Assembly (NCBI GenBank): GCA_002633005.1
Contig: NMRA01000475.1
Location: 197,242 to 261,241, forward strand
Source: Phoronis australis
Lineage: Eukaryota > Animalia > Phoronida
Direction of reading: 5' to 3'
DNA: 64,000 nt
Shown: one piece after another, positions 52,782 through 64,000 of the stretch
How positions within the stretch are numbered: position 1 is the stretch's first letter
How the letters are laid out: each line of letters opens with the position of its first letter
Translations under genes and position numbers: made by a program
The notes under the pieces: generated by a model
What the model saw: only the letters and a program-made list of their open reading frames with translations
Database searches by the model: none
Told to the model about the DNA's origin: nothing

Positions 52782-54130
52782 ATGAAACGACCTCAACCCG
52801 TATGTGAACACTCCAGTTATTGAACGATTAGACTATTTACAGTCAGTGATTGTTCTTGTTCTAGCAAATACCCGTTGTGCACATATCATGATTCATAACT
52901 ACAAAGATTATTTCCCAGAATTTAACACGAGAGGTAACTAATGCAAGAAAATGTCATTATGGAGGGAATGATAATTTCCTTGAAACTATTGTTACTAATT
53001 ACAACGTTCTTTCCTTTAGTGCCCGAGTGGAACTTATTTCGCCCATAGGTAAGGTTTCATCCATATTTGGGCCAATGACAAAACTAAACGCCTGGGCCAT
53101 CGCGTGGTCTAATTGTTTTAGTCGAAATCTAACTAGAAATTATCTTTACTATTTTCCGTTCTACATGAATACGAACCCAAAAGAATTTTCTATAATTCTG
53201 TGCTCATGTACACTTATTTTTGGTTTACATGGATGATTGTGTAATCCTATTTTGCTCTTGATGACCCCAGAGTTAAAGTTATAAGTTCGAGTCTGAACTC
53301 AAAATCTCGAGTTTTTACGCGAAATATCAAGTTTGTACTCGAGTTTGAAGCTGCAATCTTGATGTCATCAAGTGCAAACTTGTTCTAAACACTCATCTGC
53401 GTAAATCATAACACAATTGATTACATCATAATTGATAATTATCTTGAATTTTGATTAAAGTAGAAAGAGAAATCTCAAATAGTTCGAGTTACATTTCGAG
53501 TAAATAGATAAGGTCCCGGGAACTGGTGGTTTGGTGTCGTCAACAATACAATGAATTAGCACAAGGTAACGCTGCGACAGCTTGAATTGCTTTTGGAGAC
53601 GGTAAGTATTAGGCTGAACAAGAGATAATTGTAATGTCGCTTCATTCTTTAGACGTCAGCACATGTTGCATTATACAGTATTTGGAAGGTTGGGCGACAA
53701 CAGTTGGAAGACAATGTTTCCAAAATGGTGACTTGCGTGCTCATGTTTGTCTTTTCCAGTTCAATTCACCGTCGCTTGCGTGAAAAGCTCACGCTGTCGA
53801 GAGCGTTGAGACACAACTGAGGACGACAAATCACGTCAAAGTCGTATTTTAATGATCATATGTTTGAAAAGACACAAGGGTGCTGCTTAAGGGCACGTAT
53901 TCATGTTTCGTGGAATTTAAACAGGATGAAGAATCGTCCAAGGTCATATTCCGACTTGTGACGCAGTAGTGGTGGAACTGAAGGAGGGTTCAAAGCTAAG
54001 TAGATAAATTACACACATTTTGCATTACGTATGTATTCCGACGAATTCCAAAAATTAACATCACAACATTGTTATCTTCATACAAGAACATCGAGACCCT
54101 TTTATTAGGTCTAATTAGCATGTCCGTGTG

Positions 54131-54262
54131 TCAAGGTGCAGAGACAAGACCCGAAGTAACGTTCTCCATCAAAGCTGTCAAATTGCACGTAGCCGATGAA
54201 AACGTCTCCGTGGGTTTAAACTGGACCAATGCGATAAAATAGGTTGTCACGATACCCACCAT
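54131..54262 (-). CDS. GRL last exon
   Basis: TTCCAG|MVGIVTTYFIALVQFKP...SAP*. TYhhhhhQF family signature; AATAAA at ~54101-54106. Confidence 0.9.
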   Translation of the reverse strand: MVGIVTTYFIALVQFKPTETFSSATCNLTALMENVTSGLVSAP

Positions 54263-55661
54263 CTGGAAGAACGCAAGAACGGAAATGGTGAAATATCGAG
54301 GCCTATGTAAAAATAGCTCAATGAAGCATTTCTACTCTTCTATTACTGCATCAACAAGAATATCCAGGCTGAATTAATGGCGTTTCATCATTTCTGTTTC
54401 AATGATTTCGACTTATATTAATTAGATTCGACATTTCCGTAAAATCTTACAAACCAGCCTGTTCTTGCAAGGGAATCAACTGGTTCATGGTTTAAAAAAG
54501 AGTTCACCACCAAATCTTATGTGAAGTGGACTGGCAGATTTGGAATGGTTAGGTAACCCTGTCAAAATTGATAGTTTTGGTGCTGTTTTACCTGTCGAAT
54601 GGCCCGTTTGTGAGTGGATCATTTGCCACCATAGCGTGGAAAGTTTGATGCGTGTTGGGTGGTTCAGTTATCTGACTGCTCATAATTTGTGTAAGTAAGG
54701 AGGGGGTCCTTTAAGGTTTTAGATCTTTATGTCAAGAAACATGAATTCGTGATCGCGTCAATGATTTCCTTCAAAGCTATGTTTCGCTGTGTTCCTTGAA
54801 AGGTCAATGGTCGCCTAGGGGTATGTAGTGTGAGTTTGATGAGATCACGTCAGTGAAAGGCGAGTGTTTTGTGATTAAGCTTACTAGCATAGAATAGCAA
54901 AACAGACGTCATTCAAGGCTAGGTTGGGATGTTGAATTGTGGGATTGGACCAAATTTTTCTTTTTTTCTCAATTTTTGCCTCTAGTAACGTCTGGCGTGT
55001 GTCTTGAGTAATGGGACGCATCACTGAATATGAAGGTTGAGAGTGTCTCCGTTGTCAAAGGAAAATATTTCCATGTATGCGTATACATGTATGTTGCAGG
55101 ATTATATGTTGTCAAATTCCGTCTATGGTCTCTGAAACACAGTTAATTTACAAGGAAATTTCCTCACCTATGATATATGACGTCACGATCACGTGGTACA
55201 GATATCATATGCAATCTGTGTTGCGTTCGTTCAAAGCGTAGAAATTAACCTGATATAAGTATGCTCTTTCCGTGACTGAGTTTTTCCTTTCGTCAAGACA
55301 TGTGAGAGCCAATTCCAAGAGCGAAATACTTTTGTGTTATGTAGAAGACGAAATAGGCACAATTTTGTAAAATTACCTGGCAGTAAGTGTGTTAATGTCA
55401 TTTGTTTCAATGAACAGAATTAATTTTGACAAATTTAAACATGGCGATTTCCTTGGATAACTGGTTTCATTTTAACGTATCACTGAAACTAAGATTTATA
55501 CGAATCGACTCATTCGTATGATATCGCGATACATTTCATGACACAAAAAAGTCCCTAAACTGTCTTAGCTAGGTCTAGATGTATGGCACACGGATCCATT
55601 TCTTTTAACATTTTCAATAGCTTTAAAGATGTATATCTATGCATTTACGTTAATTCATTAC

Positions 55662-55754
55662 CGTGAGTATTACTTCTTTGGTGATCACAAAAGTCGTTCC
55701 AAACGTTAGGCCGATCAGCGGCCCACTGCCTACTCTCCGTAGGAATGTTTCAAT
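55662..55754 (-). CDS. GRL exon 3
   Basis: TTGCAG|IETFLRRVGSGPLIGLTFGTTFVITKEVILT|GTAATG, 93 nt, phase 0/0, with the IGLT..F.I motif. Confidence 0.85.
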
Positions 55755-55874
55755 CTGCAACGAATTAAGATGATGCAAATTCGACTCGTATGATAGAGAC
55801 TGGCGCAACTGCTAAAAATCTGTGTGCGCCATAGCTTACAAACAGTTGCGATCGAAGTCGCATGTTCACTCTTA

Positions 55875-56919
55875 TATGGGTGGCCATTCACGCAAAAAAC
55901 ATCAAATTGTATATTCAATTCCATTTGCAAACTTGAATGAACACACGACACTTTGGGTTATTTACATTCTTCATTCCGTTCCGTTCGTATGCTCGGAATA
56001 AAACTCTACTCTCAACGGAACATTTAATGATCTCGATGCCAATTGTACGACAATTCAATCTTATCTTGGGCATTCAATTCAGTTTTCAATCCACTCGTGG
56101 ATTCCATATCGCGAACTTGATGCTGCTTTGTTTACTCTAACCTATTTTGTGAATTCAATGCAGTTTAATTGTTTCATCTATCCTATCGTGTTTTGAATTT
56201 AACCCCGTTTCGTGAATTCAATCCACTTTCGTCGATTCTGTTTCGTCAATCCTGAAGGCCTATGGACGAAACCAATGTGTAGCACGTGCACGTCCATTTG
56301 AGATTCCCGGTTGCCTGCACGTTGCGTCAGGCAGGCGTTCAGGCCATCAGAATCACTGTGAACGTGGTCACTAAGTTCACTTGCATCTCTCAAAAGATTG
56401 TCTGAGCGACAAGGGCAAAGCCACATCTTCTAGCCCTGGAACATCCAACATTCTCCGGAACCAAATGCTCCAGCCTACAGCGAACTGTTGCGTTTCTTGA
56501 AGACATGTTCTTAAGGTTTCTATTTCGAGACTAAATAGTCTTGTCTTCGACATCTCCAGCTTGAGGTTATCGCCAAAGAACGCATGTCCTTACTCATGCC
56601 CATGCACACGTGCGATATATTAATTGCGTCATTAGACCGCCATGATTGACGAAACTCAATCGATGAAACTGGATTGAATGTACAACACGAAAGGATAGAC
56701 GAAACAGAAACGATTAAACAGCATCGAATTCACAAAACAAGATAGAATATACAAAACTTAACTGCGTTCACGATACGAATCGACGAGTGTGGATTGAATT
56801 GATGTAATAGCATTGAATGCTCAAGATAGGATTCAATTGTCGTACAAATGGCTTTGAGTTTATTAAATGGAACCGAATATACAATTTGATGTTTTTTTTT
56901 GCTCAAATGGCCGCCCATA
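55875..56919. mobile_element. Second IS3EU-type non-autonomous element with long imperfect TIRs, in GRL intron 2
   Basis: TATGGGTGGCCATT ... AATGGCCGCCCATA, inverted homology over ~250 bp or more. Flanks CTCTTA/CTCCTA (5/6 TSD). Confidence 0.7.
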
Positions 56920-58024
56920 CTCCTATATGGTGTAGTCTACGCATTTTCAAACTACTGCATCCTGTCATGCCGAACTTCATAGTGAAGGAAGTTGAAATTC
57001 AACGAATTTTGATCTCTTGAGATGTCCTAACATGCGTTTCAACCAACAACAGTTTTCCAAGCCTCCCCTTCGACTCTACACTGTTTCACAGTGCTACAAA
57101 ATATAGCACTGTGAATAAATCGTGTAACATGGGTTCTTACTGATTAACATTCGGATATCCTATTGGTCGAAAAAATAACATTAAAACATTCCGATTGGTT
57201 GACGCTGCTTCATCTATTGAGAAATGCCTTTGTGTTTTGCTGCAGCCTCAAGAACATGACAAATCAATGCATTCTACGCAAGTGCGTGTTTTTGACAGAA
57301 GTACAATTAGGTCAAGTTAAAGCATTATTTTATGCGAATCATTTTGAGACCTGCGGTCACAGACTAAAAATACATTCGGGCCTGCATCAGGCAAGGCCTC
57401 TTGCTTTTTTATTGAAAAGCTGCACAAGCACACTAAAAAGGATACCAAATCCGGCCTGTTAACTAAGATTAAAAGCGACTTTCCCATCCAATTCCCTGAA
57501 TCAAAATCATGCTCTGTAACTCTCGACAACCCTTAAAAGTTAGGAAAGAAATTTTAACCCTCCTTTCGAAGTCTGCCAAACAGGCAAGCGTGTCCTACGA
57601 ATAGAGAATTACTAGGCAACTCAGTGCTGCAGTAGGTAAGACCACCCACCAAGAACCATAATACCCAATCTACGGTAGAAGTTTTTGGTAGATTCCTGCT
57701 TATACCTTTCAATATTGACGCCAATTATGCATTAGCAAGTGACAGAACGAGGATTGACTGAAACCGTCAAAACGGTCTTTAACATTTCTTAAGCAACGGT
57801 AACCAAAGTTTGAAACGCCGTAATTTGCCACGCTATGAGTAAAGAAATCAGACCCCACATCATTTTTGCTCGTTTCAGGTGGATTTTCTTTTTCGAAAAG
57901 CTGAGCAACTAAAACCCGTGCACCACAGACTCGATTTTCAAACAAGAGCAATGCGGAGCGTTGAAATGTGCTCACGAAGGCACCGCGAAAGGTGTGCTTC
58001 TATATAGGAGTGTTTCTTTGTATT

Positions 58025-59105
58025 ACAGAAATAGCCACTAGATGGCGCAAAAGTCCAATCAATCCAAAATCAGGAACTTTTCATCGCTTCTTTAATTGAA
58101 AACTATTTACAAAATATCATAGAAATCCGTTCAGGAACTTCTGAGAAACAGAGGAAAACGAAAATAGAAATGAAATTGCCACTTAGGGGCTAAGGGTGCA
58201 AAAGCATAAGTGTCACTAGGAGGCGCCACAGTAGTCGAAGGCGTCGCGAAATCCTCGCAAAACGTCCTCTTTACACTAAGAACATATATGCTAATTTTTA
58301 CAATCATTCTTAGTGATTTGGTCGATAGAGGGGCAGACGCAACCAACTGACAACAAAACAGTAAAAATGGCCACTAGACGGCAAATACGTCAAATCCATC
58401 CAAAAACAGGAACATGTCATCATTTGAATAAAAAATTATTTACCAAATTTCATAAAACTCCATCAAAGAACTTAAATTAGAGAAAAACGGAAAGCCGAAA
58501 AAATTAAATTGTCACTGGGGGGCAGAGAGTTTGTCGGATTCGTCTGAAAATCTTCGCCGTCCGTTGTGAACTTCATATAAATACACTTTCTTAATTTAAT
58601 AAAGATCCTGTAGAGAGTTTGGGAGATTCGACCACGGGCATAATTAAAACAAAACTTCCACTAGGAGGCGCCACAGTAGTCGAGGTAGTCGGAAAATCAT
58701 CTACAGCCGTTCTCTTCATTGTAAGAACAATTTCCACAATCATCCTTAGAGTGGTTTGGTTGATAGAGGGGCGGACGCCAAAACAATAAAAATGGCCACT
58801 AAGTGGCGTAAAATACCTCGAATCCATTCGAAAATAAAAGGATAGCGCCACCTCACAACTAGATGCCTAACTTCCAAACTTTACGAAAATCCGTTGAGGA
58901 CCTCCGATGATACAGAGGTAAACACAAAATAAACAATAAAATATCCACTAAGGGACACACCTGTAGTCGGATAGACCCGCAATTTGTCTTCATCCATCGT
59001 CAGTTTCATAAGAACTCATCTGCCAAATTTCATCAAGATCCAATGAGGGTTTAGGAGATGCAGTTGCGGAAGGCCGACGGCCGGACACCGTACGCCCACA
59101 CAGAG
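58025..59105. repeat. Internally repeated Helentron/DINE-like interspersed repeat with CCACTAGATGGCGC-type motifs
   Basis: Diverged units starting ~58028, ~58362, ~58788. AAATTTCATCAAGATCC and GACGG-type short repeats near the right end. Confidence 0.5.
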
Positions 59106-59321
59106 TGTAGGCAATAACTAGAATACAGTTTTTCTCCTAAATAATTAAGGGCATCATTTCGTTTCTGACCTTCACGTCTTCGTAAATAGTGCACAGAATT
59201 TTTCTTTTTTACTAGAAAAAATATAAATTAGGCTGCACAGCACAAATTATGAAAACTCGCAGATTTACTGTTACATGTAAATAATGTTCTAGTGGAACAA
59301 TTTCCAATTCTATTTATTTAC

Positions 59322-59390
59322 CTCGATGTGATGCTTTTCCGGCACCAGCTGAAGATCTATGTTGTTGAGTGCCTCGTAGGGCGAATGCGC
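59322..59390 (-). CDS. GRL exon 2
   Basis: TCTTAG|AHSPYEALNNIDLQLVPEKHHIE|GTAAAT, 69 nt, phase 0/0. Confidence 0.85.
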
Positions 59391-59589
59391 CTAAGATATA
59401 AGAAAGTACATACATTCTATACTTCAATTCTGCGAGCAAAACAATATACATTTTATTAGATCAGAATCATCATTGAGCTGTAAAATTACTATTGTGCACG
59501 ATCCTTTTCCAATTTTAGTTTGCAGCTGCTTAAATAATTGCATCCTTGTTCACTCTGCATCTCTACACTTTCTTAAATCTTTCTATCTT

Positions 59590-59676
59590 TTTATCATCGA
59601 CATCGTCATCAGTGTCGGTCATCGTTTTCATCGTAGGCACCACCATCATCATCACCATCACCATCACCATCACTAA

Positions 59677-59732
<56 letters not shown>

Positions 59733-59818
59733 CCATCACCATCACCACCACCACCACCACCACCACCACCATCCCCATCATCATCATCATCATCATTGTC
59801 ATCATCCATAATCATCAC
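59590..59818. repeat. (CAT)n/(CAC)n microsatellite in GRL intron 1
   Basis: Direct trinucleotide repeats. Confidence 0.95.
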
Positions 59819-61148
59819 CCGCTGAAAATATTGGATTCAAATCAAATCGTTTCACAAATACCATTGATAATTAAGTCGTTTTGTTTTTCCAAACACTGGC
59901 ATTAAATTCGCATCGGTTGTCTGCGTTTTGTCAGAAGCCTATCATTTGAGACTGATTCGAAATCAAACTTGCTTTTGGCTTGGGAAAATAACACGATTTA
60001 CCGAAAGTACATATTTTTACAGCTGTTTCGAAATTAGTTGAGCTGAAAATTATGGTGCCACGAAGCAACTTATCACTTTAATACATGTACATTTTTCTGC
60101 AATCTGACGGGTGCCCGTAACCGGCTCACAGGCACATACAGTTGCCCCCGGAAGGGGGGGGGGCATTATATGTGTTGAGTGCTACAATTCATGCTGTGAT
60201 ATAAAGATGCTGCATATTTTCGCCCCCTGAAGCCATCTACCTTGAGCGAAATTGAACGACCATCTACACATAGGCATACGCGACACCACATCTAGATCTA
60301 CGTAAAGGTATAGGCAGAACCAAACTTCAATGAGGGACTCAGTAGATGAGGTGGAAGGCTATCGCAAGTTGGGGTGAATAAAGTATGTCTTTAGTATCCC
60401 AAATGTTGTTGTTTGCATAATCAACACTCCCGCAAACGAAGCTGACATCAGGCATGGTTATCTTAACCAACCATTGTCGCACTCGACACATAATGACGCA
60501 CTCGAACAACAATATACAGGGAGTATGCAGATGTTGGAAGCATACGCATCGAGTGTGACAATATGTGTCACACCCATTTTAACTTTGTATTTCAAAACCA
60601 GCATTAGCTCTTGAAATTTAATCACAAACACTAGTATAATAGTATTGAAATACGTATCGGCTGGTTCTGATTTCATGCATTTAAAGCGGCTATGAAACCG
60701 ACCTCACGTCACGAGAACATTTTCTGATTCAGACTACTTGCTTTACGAAGTTGGTTTTCGAGTTGTTCCTTAGTCTTGTCAATCTATAAGTCATTTCTGG
60801 GTTTGGAAACAGCTCACATTTCGTTATTGCTTGAGACTGTTCTCTACAACTTGACTCGTCACGTGTCATTTTATGGCGCCCAGCATGGACCAGAGGAATA
60901 ACGATCTGTCACTTTTTGCAATAAAAAAACCACTTCTCATCAGAGTAAGGAAGAATTTGAGGTCAATTTTGTGGCGGTAAAGGTCGAAATCAAAATATAA
61001 TGTTTTCGGGTTTAAAATTCGTCAGGAGCAGTCTTAAAATGGAAAGGTGAATTGACTAAGCCGCGAGCACGGATTTTGAAAGTATATCTCAATGTCTATG
61101 TTGCTTGCTAGATACAAAGGAATAGATAGTTTACTGCTCAGTTCATAC

Positions 61149-62225
61149 CTGTGTATTTACTGCCGCGCATCCATACAGCACTACCAGTAGCATAATGCAC
61201 GAGAAACCAACTTTGTATACTACGTCCAACGTGGCCACAGGAGAAACGGTAAAATGATCCGAATAAAACAGCAGCGCGTATACTCCAATTATAATAATGG
61301 CGAAATTGGTTGAAACAGTGACTGCAATCAGCATGCTGTAGCAATTATCGGAAACTGTCGTCAGATGGCAGAGACGCTGGTGTTTTCGCCGGAAGTAAGA
61401 CAAGTCACCGTGGAATATCCCATTTTTAATGGCTTTGTTGATTTCGATGTTGAAACGTTCAAAGTCTCTTCTAATTGTTGTGAAAGAGCTGTACAGGAGC
61501 GTAAGTGAGAAGATCCATATACCTGATAATAAAACGCAGACAAATGAAAGAATTATTCGTAAAACGGTGTCTTCGATGGTGTCGGAATGAAAGCCAAACG
61601 GAAGTAACCAAACGTCGAAGTAGTGTGTCACAAAAAGTCCATATACTGAGTAAGAGACGTTCACAACGACAAAAGTCCAGGAGAGTATGGTAAATGCGAA
61701 TGCCTTCTTCTTCACTGTTCTGTGTCTCGTGGCCCACTCATCGTCTGAACGCTTTACGGTCAGCCATGTTCTTACCACATTTGGTAGGAGGTTGTCGTTC
61801 ACGTGAATCACGAAACATATAGTCACTGTTAGCGCACATTGCAAAAACCAAAGAAGGCTTACTAACTTAGAAAATAACAGGCCTCCAAACTTGTCTTTTT
61901 TGCTTATTACAAATATGAATCGTATAAAATTCGCCCATGTAAGAACTATGACAAAAACTGAGTATATAAAACTCAAAGACGGTTTCCTAGTTCGCTTTTC
62001 AGTTCCATGTTGAAACCCAAAATATTGCCTGGTGTGCATGCAGCCAAATATTTTATAACTCAAAAACAAAAGTTTAAATAATTCTTTTTCGTTGTACATC
62101 TGATTAGATCTGCTGTCCAACATCTCCATAGGGCTGGCAACGCTGTCCGTCCCTTCACTTTTGATCCTCGTCGTTGTGTCTGTGTCAACTGGTGAAATAG
62201 TTTTGCTTGTTCTTACTGCCCACAT
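61149..62225 (-). CDS. Gustatory receptor-like (GRL/7TMIC) gene, exon 1 (359 codons)
   Basis: Long multi-TM ORF with FRRKHQRLC...D motif; ends AAVNTQ|GTATGA, phase 0. Confidence 0.9.
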
Positions 62226-64000
62226 TTCAAAGTTGAAAATTGTGCTTTTTGTCTTAACTGGTCAATGTCCTCCAATTCCAAAGGTCTTGGTCCTCACTTC
62301 GTCAGAAAATTCGTAACGAGGAGAGGTGGAAAAGATCTACGTCATGCGAAGGCTTCAGATCCATTGCTGCAAGCACGCGAGTACCCTTGGGTATAAATGA
62401 TTTCATGACAGGTGTCTGTTTGTCTCAATAGATCGTTAGCAAACAATGACTAACGCAAAATTTGATATTTTCTGTCCTTATTATCAAATTGAATAGAGTT
62501 ATACTTTGAATGCAGTCTGTGGAATAACATACGTGATATCGAACAAAAGATTTATCTGAGTGCAAACCTTTCAAATTGTTCGTGTTTGTGTGCGTTGTAC
62601 TAACTAGTTTGCACAGTTCAAATTATTCAACCAAGTTGGAAACATGGTTTACATTTTTATGTGTCTTTTGCAAACATGGCAAGAAGAAAGTTACACGAAT
62701 TTACATCATAATGACCCAATATACAAAAGGAGTGTCACATACGCTGGCACGAGAATGACCAAATATTTTATCGTTTTGTCCACGGGAAACTACATTTACA
62801 TCTACTCTATAACTATTGTTTAAGACCTCTCAGTTGTATCGACTGCAGACACTTAAGTTACGTGCGGTAAGAACAACGGGTGATTTTAATTATTTCATGA
62901 TCGATCCCTAAGCGTTGTTTAACAACGGCAATCGCTCGTATCCCCGTTGTATGAGGGCACATTCCGGCGACGGAAAATAGTGTACTCTAGAAGACAAGAA
63001 GTACAAAATTAATTTCTTAAAGTTTTACGAACAGATCAAAATGGAATAAAGAAATGTTAATTCACAAATTCCATTCTCTGTAGACGTGCAAAACGTGTCT
63101 TACAGCCTTGACATGCCGTCCGATCACACTACAGGTTAGACATCTGATTCGCAGTTTCACTCTTGAACGCTCGTCAGACTTCGTAACAGACACGCTTTTG
63201 TTCTCGTTATTATTACTATTTATTGTTATGACTTTTTGTTTTCCGTACCTTGTCCTTGCAAAATTCACCTTTGCATTCCCTCCTCTGGCTGACGACTAAT
63301 CTAAGCACTTGGACCAGACCTGGTTACATCGACCTCATTCCTCAGAGAGTACACGTACATGGAATATTGAGGTTTCGGCTAGTATTCAATCTAATGACGA
63401 TTTGCCTTTTTATCGTCCGCTCTCAAAATCAGCCGGCAGCTAGAACATTAGCGTCTTGCCTCGAACAGATTTTTATCATTCTAGATTGGTCTATCCAGGT
63501 GGTCTTAGCAATTCAAAGAAACGTAATTCGTGAAGTAACATTTTCGCGCCATAAGGAGTCACCGCGAGAAGACAACAAAGGACTGTCCATGGGGCTATTC
63601 GGAAAATCTACAATCACTAGAGGGCGTGCGTGTACTAGTGGTGATAGATTAACAGCCTCGATTTCGCGAGCCCTTTAAATACATGGTGAAATGGCTTGCC
63701 GCCGTGCCAACTGAATCTGAGATTGCGTAAAAAGGGTGCTTCTATGAGAGGAAGTGAGCACGACCTCATACAAAGGTAAGGTTTGTGATCATTTTAACGA
63801 TTATTACATGATTATTCTACCGATGCCTGTTAACTGAGGCACTCGCCGATGTCGACTTCGCGGCAGTCAGTCGCCAGCCAGAGTCTGGTTAATCTTTGTA
63901 TGTTGTGATATGTGATACGATACTTGACGTAGCAATCGGGATCTTTTCGTACATCAAAGCATTATTATTGTTTGGAATGATTTCTAAAAGTTTATCAGTG

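Noticed and set aside
57127-57230. Possible alternative GRL exon 3 (AFLNR..PIG, GTAAG donor)
   Set aside because: Contains in-frame stops; the clean exon is at 55662-55754.
59473-59905. Poly-His/Ile/Met/Asp ORFs
   Set aside because: Translations of a (CAT)n/(CAC)n microsatellite in an intron.

Overview
AT-rich, intron-containing animal genomic DNA, probably a marine invertebrate (inference from the gene and transposon families). There is no sign of prokaryotic operons, rRNA, tRNA or CRISPR. Manual splicing gives four host genes, all on the minus strand: the first two coding exons of Selenoprotein N (gene runs off the left edge), a complete 4-exon divergent Ninjurin (~177 aa), a secreted SUEL/rhamnose-binding-lectin-type gene whose signal-peptide exon and flanks are tandemly duplicated, and a complete 4-exon gustatory-receptor-like (GRL) gene (~456 aa). 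A disrupted LicD/fukutin-type sequence lies on the plus strand. The rest is nested mobile DNA: two internally deleted Kolobok elements keeping THAP and P2X7-ballast-like (KolX) remnants, two IS3EU-type elements (one with 21-bp TATCGATA arrays), a 700-bp solo LTR with a heat-shock-element cluster inside a HERO-like LINE, plus RTEX-like, RNase H-bearing, Tx1-like and Penelope retroelement remnants, Tc1 and Academ fragments, MITEs and microsatellites. I found no clearly new biological system; the findings are leads. All family assignments come from remembered motifs, not database searches.
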